Source: Eledone cirrhosa (lineage: Eukaryota). From it: DNA of 64,000 nucleotides. The stretch covers positions 36,208,001-36,272,000 of the forward strand of contig OZ024755.1 of assembly GCA_964016885.1 (NCBI GenBank), written 5' to 3'. The notes under the pieces were generated by a model, which was not told where the DNA came from, made no database searches, and saw only the letters and a program-made list of their open reading frames with translations. How positions within the stretch are numbered: position 1 is the first letter of the stretch; the number at the start of each line of letters is the position of its first letter. A program made the position numbers and the translations under genes. This document shows positions 37,507 through 49,307 of this stretch, piece by piece.

Positions 37507-37577
37507 TGTTTTATCTGATGAAAACACAAATATTATTGCATGATGATGTTTGTTTTTGAAATGCGCATAATAAAATA
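37507..37577 (+). ncRNA. Type I hammerhead ribozyme in the PLE 3' region
   Basis: tgttttat-CTGATGA-16-position stem II (one mismatch)-GAAA-tgcgca-TA-ataaaata; predicted cleavage after 37569. Confidence 0.85.
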
Positions 37578-37703
37578 CATGGAACTCCTTTAACCATCTT
37601 TTGATCTTATATATTATGTATACTCCAGTCCTACAAACTGTAGAGTGCTTCTTATCCGATATCTGCATTGCTTTATTGTACTACAATAAAACTCACCTCC
37701 TAC

Positions 37704-37754
<51 letters not shown>

Positions 37755-37835
37755 TGTTACTTATCTTCTATCATATTTCATGATAATAGTATCTTTTGGT
37801 GGTTATAGATTTCTAAGAGACCAGTAACTAGTTCA

Positions 37836-38250
37836 CATCATTTACAATGGCAAGATTGATCAGGGACTTTTTGTGTAACTTGGACAGAAATATTACCACA
37901 AGGGAAACTGAGTGAAAGAGTTAGTTACTCAGTTTCTTGCTGGAGTTGGCATCTTTCACTGATAAACATTGCTGAAAGTTATACACACTCACACATAGAT
38001 ACATGTAGTTGAATGGTCATATATAACACTTATATAACATACTGAGTGACTTCCAGTGTGTCACACACACCCCACCCCTCCTGAGCTCTATGTCAGTTAA
38101 TCTGAGCTGTAAAATACTGAAAACAGGAGAGTCATAGTTTGAAATCCAACAATAAAGTGAAACTTGTGCTCAAATCCAACAAACTGGACTTGTCACAAGA
38201 AGACTGGATCAATGAGCTCTGCACCAAATATGTGGTGGTGTTATCTTGAG
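37836..38250 (+). pseudogene. Decayed coding-like segment, weak GVIN1/URG4 N-terminal resemblance
   Basis: DQGLFV*LGQKYYHKGN*VKELVTQFLAGVGIFH and KVKLVLKSNKLDLSQEDWINELCTKY; last part duplicated at about 9217-9350. Confidence 0.35.
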
Positions 38251-38296
38251 AGGAATCAATATTAGGTGCGTCTACCTTAACATCAGTTACCCTAAG

Positions 38297-38915
38297 TCAA
38301 CCGTTTACCATTTACGTTACTCTATATCTAATATTGTATTTTCACAGTAAAGTCTGAATCTCTCATAATTATCTCACATAATATCAAACCTATGAGATTT
38401 TGATATTATATGAGAACAATACCTGAACATAGGTATGAGTGGCCAGTTGCAGCCATTTTCAACAGAAAGAGGTGAGAGAATTCTGGCCCGATACGGCCAG
38501 TTTAAATGCTAAAGAGTTGAACAGAAAGAGGTGAGAGACTTCTGGCCAGGTATGGCCAGTTTAAATGCTAAAGGGTTGAACAGGAAGAGGTGAGAGAATT
38601 CTGGCCAGATATGGCCAGTTTAAATGCTAAAGAGTTGAACAGAAAGAGGTGAGAGACTTCTGGCCAGGTATGGCCAGTTTAAATGCTAAAGGGTTGAACA
38701 GGAAGAGGTGAGAGAATTCTGGCCAGATATGGCCAGTTTAAATGCTAAAGGGTTGAACAGAAAGAGGTGAGAGAATTCTGGCCAGATATGGCCAGTTTAA
38801 ATGCTAAAGGGTTGAACAGGAAGAGGTGAGAGAATTCTGGCCAGATATGGCCAGTTTAAATGCTAAAGGGTTGAACAGGAAGAGGTGAGAGAATTCTGGC
38901 CAGCTAAAGGGTTAA
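38297..38915. mobile_element. TTAA MITE with ~7.5 x 59-bp terminal tandem
   Basis: Units at 38461, 38520, ... 38874; ends gctaaagggttaa. Confidence 0.85.
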
Positions 38916-39526
38916 TGTGTATTCCTTAGAAATATAGCAACTAAAGGATTAATACTGGTTAAATAGACTTTCTAAATGATAAAAATGATAGTGTTTTCAT
39001 CAGCTTGGCCCAGAAACAATGCAATTAAGATATGCATATAACTGCAAAGAACATTATTTAGAAAATTATGCATGCAAAACAAATATGTATGAATATTCAA
39101 CACATTAGCTTATTTTTCCCAAAATCCTATAAACATTTCAAGGAAGAAATGGTTTACAAAGAACATTAAGAGTATCTGTATATAAGGACATTTACAAAAT
39201 TATGAATATGTATAGTATCCAAACACACGCACTGACACATGTACACAAACACACACACACAACCACAACCACACTGACACAAACACGCACGCACACTGGC
39301 ACACACACACACACAGACACACGCGCACACACAGACACACACACTGACAAGCACACAGACACGCACACACAGTGACACGCACACACACTGACATGCACAC
39401 ACACTGACACGCACACACACTGACACATGCACACACAAACCCACTGAAACATGCACACACAGACACATACACACACACACTGACACACACAAACACTCTG
39501 AAACATGCACACACACAAACACACTG

Positions 39527-40250
39527 ACTCCGAGACCATAGTATCTAGAATAAGGACAGGATGGAAGAAATTTAAGGAGCTGCTTCCTCTGTTGATAACG
39601 AAGGGTTTCTCCCTACGCATGAAAGGCTGGTTATATGATGCCTGTGTGAGATGTACGATGCTGCATGGTAGTGAGGCATGGGCAGCAACTGCGGAGGATA
39701 TGCGACAGCTGGAGAGAAATGAAGCAAGCATGCTCCGATGGATCTGCAATGTGAATGTGCGTGAACCTCCAAGCATGGATGTGTTGAGAGTGAAACTGGG
39801 TATAAGAGGGATAAGTTGTAGTGTGTGGGAGAGAAGACTGAGATGGTATGGACACGTGATGAGTTGAGAGAGAAACTGTGTATAAGAGGGATAAGTTGTG
39901 GTGTGTGGGAGAGAAGACTGAGATGGTATGGACACGTGATGAGTTGAGAGAGAAACTGTGTATAAGAGGGATAAGTTGTGGTGTGCAGGAGAGAAGACTG
40001 AGATGGTATGGACATGTGATGCACATGGAGGATGACCGCCAGGTAAAGAAGTGCCAAGAAATCCCAGTGAAAGGAAGACACAGTAGAGGAAGACCGTGAG
40101 AAACATGAGCGGAGGTGATGAGAGCTGACCTCAGATTGCTGAAGCTCACAGAGGAGATGACGAAGGAGAATGACAAATGGAGAGATGCCGTGCTGAATAG
40201 GACCCGTCCCACCCTTGCAAGCAGGGAAAAGCAGACTGCTGCTGCTGCTG
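39527..40250 (+). mobile_element. RTE LINE 3' fragment with 3 x 80-bp internal tandem
   Basis: SRIRTGWKKFKELLPLL..MLHGSEAWA..ERRLRWYGHVM; units at 39783, 39863 and 39943. Confidence 0.9.
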
Positions 40251-41683
40251 GGTGGATGGGTGGGTGGGTGGGTGGGTGGGTGAGTGAGTGAGTGAGTGGG
40301 TGAGTGAGTGAGTGAGTGAGTGAGTGAGTGAGTGAGTGAGTGAGTGAGTGAGTGAGTGAGTGAGTGAGTGAGTGTGAGTGAGTGTGTGTGTGTGTGTGTA
40401 TGTGTATGTATGTATGTGTGTATGTGTGTGTGTGTGTATATAAACTGCCTATAAACACACATTGAGAACACATCAAAGATATATATTTCCCCTATTACAT
40501 TAGCTTCCTACATTATTTAGCTGTTCATATTTCTATGATGAAAGTACACATATATCTGTCTATAAACCTTATCCACCCACCAATTATATCTCACAATCTC
40601 ACCATCCATCTATCTAAATCCTGCTAACTATCCATTTGATCTTACATATTTTTACCTGACCAACGCTCTTCTCTATTTACTTACCTGTCTAATGACATAT
40701 CAATATTTTAATGATACATCTACAATTGCTTACATATTCTACCTAACTTCCTATCTATCAATTGTCTATCTGATCATCACATTATCCATCCATCTATTCA
40801 ATTTCCCATCCGTTTGTGTACACTTTTTATCCAGCTGCTTGACTTTCTTTCTATCTATTATCTAATCTCATCTAATCTATCTAGTTATCAACCTATTCTT
40901 CAGTTAATTTTTTATCTATCAATTCTATTCATCTTGTTATTCAACCATCTATTTAATAACAAATCCTTTTATCTACTGACCTCGCTACTCCTTTATTGAC
41001 TTATCCAGCCAGATAGCAAGTTATCTAACCATTTACAATGTTGTCTCTCTACACATTTATTCAACTTCTCTGCCATTTATCTATTTATTAAACAAAGGAA
41101 GCTATTTTACTAATTAATCTTTATTGCACTGTTTTATTACAAGGACTAAAGAAGGGGGTTTTTTGGGGGGGTGGGGGAGGGGGGTTCTTTTAATTAATTT
41201 TGTTTTCTAGTCTTTTCAATTTTCCCTTTTCATTTTCTTCCTTCCCTCGCATGTTTACCTCTTCTCCCTTACAGAAAAACTAGCAAATGTTTGTAAAGGA
41301 AATCAAACATCCTTCTGAATGCTGTGACATCAGACACCATAAGCACACGTATTACTGCCCATTGCCATTACCCAGATTCATTAACTGAATAGCAAGCAAA
41401 GAAACCTTATTTATTCAGGACAATGAATGATCCATCAGAATGGACATGCAAGCCTAGCAAGGCTTCATTTCCTTGTTCTAACCACCAAGCTATCAAATTC
41501 AATAAATGAACTTTTAGTATGATAATAAAATCAGGCTCTATAAGCAGTACACCTGCTGAAAAAGTCTTTACATTCACAGTCTACACTAACTCAACATTGC
41601 ATGTACAAAGTAACTCAATCCACAGGCTAACTTACCACAACATATATGTGAAGTACAAGATCACCTCTGGCTACTTCAAACCA

Positions 41684-41906
41684 TTAACCCTTTACATTAC
41701 TCTATGTTTACTATTATATTTTCACAATAAAGGCTTTACCTCACATAATTATCTCACACATTATTGAATCTATAACATTTTGATATTATTTATTTTGAGA
41801 ACAATAGCTTAACATCAGTATACGCGGCCGGTTACAGCCGGTTTGAACAGAAAAAAGGTGAGAGAATTCTGGCCGGATATGGCCGGTTTAAATACTAAAG
41901 GGTTAA
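41684..41906. mobile_element. TTAA MITE
   Basis: ttaacccttta...taaagggttaa; a second copy follows at about 41939-42131. Confidence 0.8.
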
Positions 41907-42237
41907 AGCAATCCCTGACAGTGTTTCTTCCATTACACTTAATCCTTTAGCATTTAAACCGGCCAGAATTATTTCACCTTTTTCTGTTTAAACCGGCTGT
42001 AACCGGCCACTCATACTGAGGTTAAAGTATTGTTCTCAAAATAAATAATGTTAAAATCTCATATTATGTGAGGTAAAGCCTTTACCTTGAAAATATAATA
42101 GTATATATAGAGTAATGTAAATGATGGTTAAACAATACACTCCAAAGCTAGCAACTACTCCCTTTTTTGGAGACATGCTACATTGTATTTCATTCTGAAC
42201 CAGGGCAACTCTCCCTAATTTTATAGTGTGTACTAAA

Positions 42238-43830
42238 GTGGCACAGTGGTTAGAGTATTGGGCTTGAAAGTGTGAGCTTGTGAGTTCGATTCCCGGACTG
42301 TGTTGATGCATTGTGTCCTCGGGAAAAAGACTTATTCCACGTTCCTCCAGTTCACTCAGCTATAGAAATGAGTTGTGACATCACTGGTGCCAGGCTGTAT
42401 CAGCCATTGCCTTTCTCTTGGACAACATTATATATAATATATATAGTGCATATATATATATATATAGTGTATATATTATATATATAGTTGTGACATCACT
42501 GGTGCCAAGCTGTATCGGCCATTGCCTTTCTCTTGGACAACATTATATATAATATATATATATAGTGCATATATATATAGTGTATATATTATATACTAGC
42601 AGTAGTACCCAGCATTGCACGGGATAAGATATTTTGGAACGCGGGCCGCCAACAGACCTAATCGTATAAAAACTGCATGCCTGGACAGTATGTAAAGAAA
42701 ATAAACCGAATACTCTGATGGCTTGATAATCTTTAAGATTTTCCTCAGTGAAGCAGTCCAAAGGAAATAACTCTGAATGCGATTTAGATGTCAGGCTTCA
42801 AAATAGCCCTAAAAAGCTGAAAAAATGACGGTTTTCCCCTAATGCCCTAGGCCATAAAGAAGTTGAATTTTCTATGCTCGCGGTATGAAGAAGAAACTGA
42901 CTAATACATAGTTACAATTTCAAGGAAATCGGTCTGACGTAACGCCTCAAAAAAACCCTAAAAAGTTGAAAAAACACAGTTTTTTCACCGGATGCAGGCC
43001 CTAGGGGATCGAAAAGTGGAATTTTTTTATGTGCATAACACTCCCTGACACATAGGTAACGCACATGTAACGTTTGAAAAAGATTAGTTGGGTTCTTCTC
43101 GAGTTTTAGGGATTCAAACACACACACACACACATACACAGACATCCTCAGTTTTATATATATAGATATAGTTGTAATGTCACTGGTGCCAAGCTGTATC
43201 AGTCATTGCTTTTACCTTGGACAACATTATATATAATATATATTATATATATATATAGTGCATATGTATATAGTGTATATATTATATATATAGTTGTAAT
43301 GTCACTGGTGCCAAGCTGTATCAGCCATTGCCTTTCTCTTGGACAATATTATATATAATATATATATAGTGTATATATTATATATATAGTTGTAATGTCA
43401 CTGGTGCCAAGCTGTATCAGCCATTGCCTTTCTCTTGGACAACATTATATATCATATATATAGTGTATATATTATATATATAGTTGTGATGTCACTGGTG
43501 CCAAGCTGTATCAGCCATTGTCTTTCTCTTGGACAACATTATATATCATATATATAGTGTATATATTATATATCTAGTTGTGATGTCACTGGTGCCAAGC
43601 TGTATCAGCCATTGCCTTTCTCTTGGACAACATTATATATAATATATATACAGTGTATATATTATATATATAGTTGTGATGTCACTGGTGCCAAGCTGTA
43701 GCAGCCATTGCATTTCTCTTGGACAACATCGGTGGTATGGAGAGGAGAGACTCGTATTCATGGGTGACCACTGGTCTTCCACAAACAACCTTGCCCGGAC
43801 TTGTGCCTCAGAGAGGTGCAAATCCCAATA
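42238..43830 (+). mobile_element. CORE-type SINE with ~7-unit 94-122-bp tandem array and nested Helitron
   Basis: Same unit as 4678-5560 in reverse complement; the SINE body resumes at about 43730. Confidence 0.8.
42596..43166 (-). mobile_element. Complete non-autonomous Helitron (family 1)
   Basis: Minus strand A|TCTATATATATAAAA...cccgtgcaatgctggg hairpin..CTAG|T, no TSD; removing it restores the host repeat unit exactly. Confidence 0.9.
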
Positions 43831-44758
43831 ACAATAAAATATATAATACTAGTGTGTGCTACCATACTGGTAGAGAAGGACTCTGTTGAAGTAGTCTCTA
43901 TTAGTGACTAATACTATAGCAACATACTATAGTGATATACTATAGCAACATACTATACTATAGTACTATCGTATATCACTATAGTATGTCGCTATAGTAT
44001 GTTACTATAGTATGTTGCTATAGTATATCACTATCGTATGTTACTATAGTAACATACTATATTAACATACTATAGTACTATAGTATCATAGTATAGCACC
44101 ATACTATTTACTGATGTGTCTTTAACCTCCATGATGATGTGGCAACTAGGGGAATTTGGGAGTCAACCAATATTTTGGAGAAGCATTTTAAAATGAAACA
44201 TAGAAAATCTTAGAATAGTGAGAATTAACCCTTTGGATACCCAACTACATGAAACTAACCCCAGGTTACTATAGTAACATACTATAGTAATATACTATAG
44301 TACTGTAGTATATTACTATAGCATCATATTATTTCCTGACTGATGTGTCTTTATATAGTGAGAATTAACCCTTTGGATACCAAACTACATGAAACTAACC
44401 CCAAGTTTATGATTTTTGAATGGCTAAGAGAGAGAAAGTGTGTGTGTGTGTGTGTGTGAGCGTGTGTGTGTGTGTGTGTGTGTGTGGTGGTCAATAAGAG
44501 TTTAAGTGTGTTTGGTATCTTAAACCACCTTATCTGAAACATGAGAACCATATGGGGAGCAGGTGTGCAAGTATGTTCTATAATGTGAATTAATATGTTA
44601 GAATAAATGGAGAAATACTTGATAATTGGTTGTATGGACGTACTTTGAATTATCTAGGGTGTGTGAGGAGAGAAAAAGAGAGAGAGTGAGTGTGTGGGTG
44701 GGTGGGTGAAGAGAGAGAGGGGGAGTGTGTGTGGGAGTGGGTGTGAAGAAAGAAAGAG

Positions 44759-44800
<42 letters not shown>

Positions 44801-44820
44801 AGGAGAGAGAGAGAAAGAGA

Positions 44821-45029
44821 GATGAGGAAGATATGCCAAAGTATTCAGAATTAATTAATAACTTACCTGCATATTAATGGAACAGCTGTTTACTGAACTG
44901 GAGAAACAGATAGTATCGTATTTTAATGGATGTGCTGTGTATGTGAGGTTTTATACATTGTATACAATGGGATTTCTACCAGAAAGTCATGGAGACAATG
45001 TAAATATAATTCACACCTATTTAGATTGA
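44821..45029 (+). pseudogene. Decayed coding-like segment (paralog at about 28621-28750, minus strand)
   Basis: MEQLFTELEKQIVSYFNGCAVYVRFY versus MELRFGELQNLIISYFDGCGQYVIFY. Confidence 0.35.
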
Positions 45030-45348
45030 ATTAACCCTTTCATTACCATATTTCTAATAAAAGATACAACCTGTGATTTTCAGTAATAGTTTAGTAATAT
45101 AACTAACACTTTTATTATTACATTGATCTTTTAATAATTGTTTCTACTTTAGGCACAAGGCCAGCAATTACCCAGTGCATTACTCAATACTTTATTTTAT
45201 CGACCCCGTAAGGATGAAAGGCAAAGTCAACCTCGGCGGGATTTGAACTCAGATCGTAAAGGGACGTAACTATGCTGGAAAGCATGGCGTCCGACCCTCT
45301 ACCGATACTGCCAATCCACCGCCATACAATTGATGCTTTACTAATAAT

Positions 45349-45560
45349 ATGAAGGATGACAGCTGCATAAAAAGGTGCAGAGCACTAGAAGTCGTGGAAG
45401 CCGCAGAGTGGGGAGACCCAAGAAGACCTGGGATGAGGTGATAAAAGCTGACCTTACCCAATTGCACCTCTCAAAAGCGATGACACAGGACCGTGACCTC
45501 TGGCGTCATGCAGTAATACAGAGGACCCAACATGCCATAGGTACAAGCCGAAGCTGAAGC
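45349..45560 (+). mobile_element. RTE LINE 3' end, second family
   Basis: GSRRVGRPKKTWDEVIKADL..QDRDLWRHAV. Confidence 0.8.
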
Positions 45561-45964
45561 ATATGTGCTTCTATCCCCTCCTACTGCAAAGTGGTCGTGG
45601 AGGTGTCACGACAAAAAAAGCACCCAGCCCACACTGTAAAGTGGTTGTGTAGGTGCCACAGTAAAAAAGCACCCAGCACTCACTGTAAATGAGGTTGGTG
45701 TTAGGAAGGGCATCCAGCTGTAGAAATCAAGCCAGAATCAGTTCCTGTATGAGCAAGTAAGTATGTTTATGATAAATATAAACACTTTTGAATACACAGC
45801 ATTGTAATCATAAAACCAGGGCAGGTTTCAGGCAGTTTGGTATCAAAAGGGTCAATCATTGTGGGTCTAAAATTTTCTTATTAGTTTCATATGATTTAAT
45901 CAATATATAGAGAGTGAATAGTTGTGTATTAGGAGTAAGTTGAATTTTGAATATTGGATCAATT

Positions 45965-46985
45965 CAGTTTTTGTGACAAACCTTACCTATGGTTATGAAT
46001 CTTGGGTAATAACTGAAAGAATACGATTGCGAATACAAGTGGCCGAAATGGGATCCTCCGAAGGGTCTTTGGAGTAACGTTAATCGATAAAGTGCGTAGC
46101 TCAGAGATTAGAGCGTCACTCCAGGTAGAGCTGCTACTTCTCTGAATTGAGATATCACAGCTCCGATACTATGGGCAGGTGGTTAGAATGTCTCAGGAAA
46201 GAATCACTGGAGAGTTACTCCAGGTAGAGCTGCTACTTCTCTGAATTGAGAGATCACAGCTCTGATACTATGGACAGGTGGTTAGAATGTCTCAGGAAAG
46301 AATCACTGGAGAGTTACTCCAGGTAGAGCTGCTACTTCTCTGAATTGAGAGATCACAGCTCTGATACTATGGACAGGTGGTTAGAATGTCTCAGGAAAGA
46401 ATCACTGGAGAGTTACTCCAGGTAGAGCTGCTACTTCTCTGAATTGAGATATCACAGCTCTGATACTATGGACATGCGGTTAGAATGTCTCAGGAAAGAA
46501 TCACTGGAGAGTCACTTTAGGTAGAGCTGCTACTTCTCTGAATTGGGATATCACAACTCTAATACTATAGGTATGTGGTTAGAATGTCTCAGGAAAGAAT
46601 CACTGGAGAGTCACTTTAGGTAGAGCTGCTACTTCTCTGAATTGAGATATCACAGCTCTGATACTATGGACATGTGGTTAGAATGTCTCAGGAAAGAATC
46701 ACTGGAGAGTCACTCCAGGTAGAGCTGCTACTTCTCTGAATTGGGATATCACAGCTCTAATACTATGGTCTTAGGAAAGAATTGCTGGACAGATTTTATG
46801 GGCAAAACCAACCAGCAGGAGACACAGGGGTAGGCTCCAAGCAAGATGATTGATAACATCCATGAGCTTGGCTGGTCACACTTGGGTATCCAGCCGAATC
46901 AGTTGGAGATGGCAGCTTCAGACAGGACCTGCTGGAGGGAGTGTTTGAGGACTCTGCCCCCATGACCCTCTCAAGAATAAGCAGG
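45965..46985 (+). mobile_element. RTE-clade LINE fragment (third family) with ~6.6 x 99-bp tandem
   Basis: LTYGYESWVITERIRLRIQVAEM..DKVRSSEIR..SQLRYYGQVVRM..DRTCWRECL; units from 46118 every 99 bp. Confidence 0.85.
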
Positions 46986-47879
46986 CAAAGGAAGAGGAAG
47001 TGGATTAAGTTTAGGCTGGGCCTTTAATGGCAGGTTCTCCTATAATCCCCCCCTCAGTTAGATGTACTGTGCTGGGTTTGGGGGGGTCAGAGGTAGTTTG
47101 TAGATGTCAATAACTGCAGTGAAAAGATTTGACAATTTCCTTGGGTCGTGGAAAGGAAAAGAAAGGTGCAATGTTGACACTTCAATTTCAACCATGTTTA
47201 TTTGAGAGGGAGGAGGAGAGTGTGTGTGTGAGTGTGTATGAGTGTGTGAGTGTGTGTGTGTGTATGTGTGTGTGTAAGTGTGTGCGAGTCTGTGTAAGTC
47301 TGTGTGTATGTGCGTGTGTATGTGTGTGTGAGTGTGTGAATCTGTGTGTGAGTGTGTATGTGTATGTATGTGTATGAGTGTGAATGTGTGTGAGTGTGTA
47401 TGTGCGTGTGTGTATGTGAGTGAGTGCGTTGTGTGTGTGTGTGTGGGTGGGTGCGGGTGTGCGAGTGCATGAATCTGTGTGTGAGTGCGTGTGTGAATGT
47501 GCATGTGTGTGTGTATGCGTGTGTGTAATGTGAGTGTGTGATCTGTGTGGGTGTGAGCATGTGTGTGTGTGTGTGAGAATCTGTGTGAATCTGTGTATGT
47601 GTGTACGTGTGTGTGTGTGTGTTTGTGTGTGTGTGCATGCAAAGACACGTACATGCACGCTAATTTATTAATGACTAATTCCTGATGAAGTATTGAGTAT
47701 TTTAGTAACCAGTACATGCTGATGATGGTGGTGGTGAATCACTATACATCTCTCCATGGCTCAACTCCATCATCCAATTATGATGCAAGACAGGATGATG
47801 GGACTGTCTCCAACCAACATAACTTTATTTCCAGGCAGTCCCTGAATTGAATTTTCAATTTTCAATTTCCTATTCCCTT

Positions 47880-48222
47880 TTCCCTACCTTCCATAAGTTT
47901 GTGTTCAACGTAACCCTGTTATGTAATTCTGTCGAAGTTACCTGATGAGGTCGTCCTGTCTATCATCATATTTGGATGATGGAGCTGGACCATTAAAATA
48001 TGTTTAGTGATTTGACGGAATTAAAATTTTAAATTATATCTTCCTGTCCGGCCTTATGTCGTTGTTTTATAAATACTCCGTTCCTGTTCCAACCACTGGA
48101 TACCACATCTACGATAGATGACTTACATAACGTTGAGTGGTTTGATTGGTTTGTTACATCAACATTTGCCTACTAGAACCACCAGTTCTACCCTTAGGTA
48201 CTCAAAATAACGTAAATAGTAT
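47880..48222 (+). mobile_element. Probable PLE terminal fragment with degenerate hammerhead (47925-48022)
   Basis: 16-bp stem I aattctgtcgaagttac/gtgatttgacggaatt, CTGATGA and ggtc/gacc, but attaaaa in place of GAAA; ends at a TA run. Confidence 0.55.
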
Positions 48223-48227
48223 ATATA

Positions 48228-48440
48228 AGGCGTGTGGCGGAGCGGTTAGAGAATTGGATTCGCAATCGTAAGGTTGTGAGTTCGATTCCTGGACCAGGCG
48301 ATGCGTTATGTCCTTGAGCAAGACACTTTATTTCACGTTGCTCCTTCTACCTGGAGTTGCGACCGATAGATAGTATTAGCAATTGGAAAGACCAACGGGA
48401 ACATTGTTCCCTCGGTCCGATTTGACGAAAGTCGATCATT

Positions 48441-48449
<9 letters not shown>
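48228..48449 (+). mobile_element. CORE-type SINE with a distinct tail ending at (TA)n
   Basis: ggcgtgtggcggagcggttaga..gagttcgattcc; inverted counterpart of 34237-34458. Confidence 0.8.
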
Positions 48450-48474
<25 letters not shown>

Positions 48475-48475
<1 letters not shown>

Positions 48476-48563
48476 ATGAAGGAGTTGTGGTAAGGAACCA
48501 GATGGACCATAACGCACCAGAGTACTCAATATTCGAAACGGCTTGAGCTCTGCCATCGGGGAC
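48475..48563 (-). mobile_element. Short fragment of the 13063/55892 fold-back family
   Basis: tgtggtaaggaaccag.tggaccataacgcacca joined to the inverted piece cgaaacggcttgagctc. Confidence 0.7.
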
Positions 48564-49127
48564 ATACTTTTTCATATATCATCCTTCATCATCATTTCAT
48601 TTTATGTCCACTTTTCCCTGCTTGCAAGGGTGGGACGGGAACTGATTCTGGCTTGATTTCTACAGCTGGATGCCCTTCCTAACACCAACCTCATTTACAG
48701 TGAGTGCTGGGTGCTTTTTTGCCGTGGCACCTCCACGACCACTTTGCAGTGGAATGATATGGACCCCAGTCCCTATCATCTCATTTCTACAGCTGAGTAA
48801 ACTGGAGCAATGTGAAATAAAGTGTCTTGCTCAAGGAAACAACACATCACCCAGTCTGAGAATTGAACTCACAACCTTTCGATTGCAAGGCCAATGCTCT
48901 AACCACTAAGCCATGTGCCTCCATATATACATATACATATATATCATCATATATGTATATCATACATACATATATATATATATCATCATCATCATCATAT
49001 ATATATATATATACACACACACATATATATATATATACACACACACATATATATACACATATATATATATATATGCACACACACACTACACACATTTATA
49101 TACACTCACACATATATATATATATTG

Positions 49128-49275
49128 CCAATAACCTGTAATTTAAATTAACACATTTTTCGATTTAAATACAGCCATACCAAAAGTTGCCATAGGAAGT
49201 AGACAATCTAATGATTTCTTAAATACACATTTGACTGCACACAGACAGCTCAACTTTAAACTTGGATTAATACTA

Positions 49276-49307
<32 letters not shown>

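Larger units (their letters stand above)
35312..37705 (+). mobile_element. 5'-truncated Penelope-like retroelement (Naiad-like) inserted in (TA)n
   Basis: ORF starts at the TA boundary; about 1 kb of 3' region with a hammerhead; ends at a TA array. Confidence 0.9.

Noticed and set aside
48228-48300. tRNA gene
   Set aside because: A and B boxes are present, but the sequence runs into the CORE domain with no acceptor stem; it is a SINE head.
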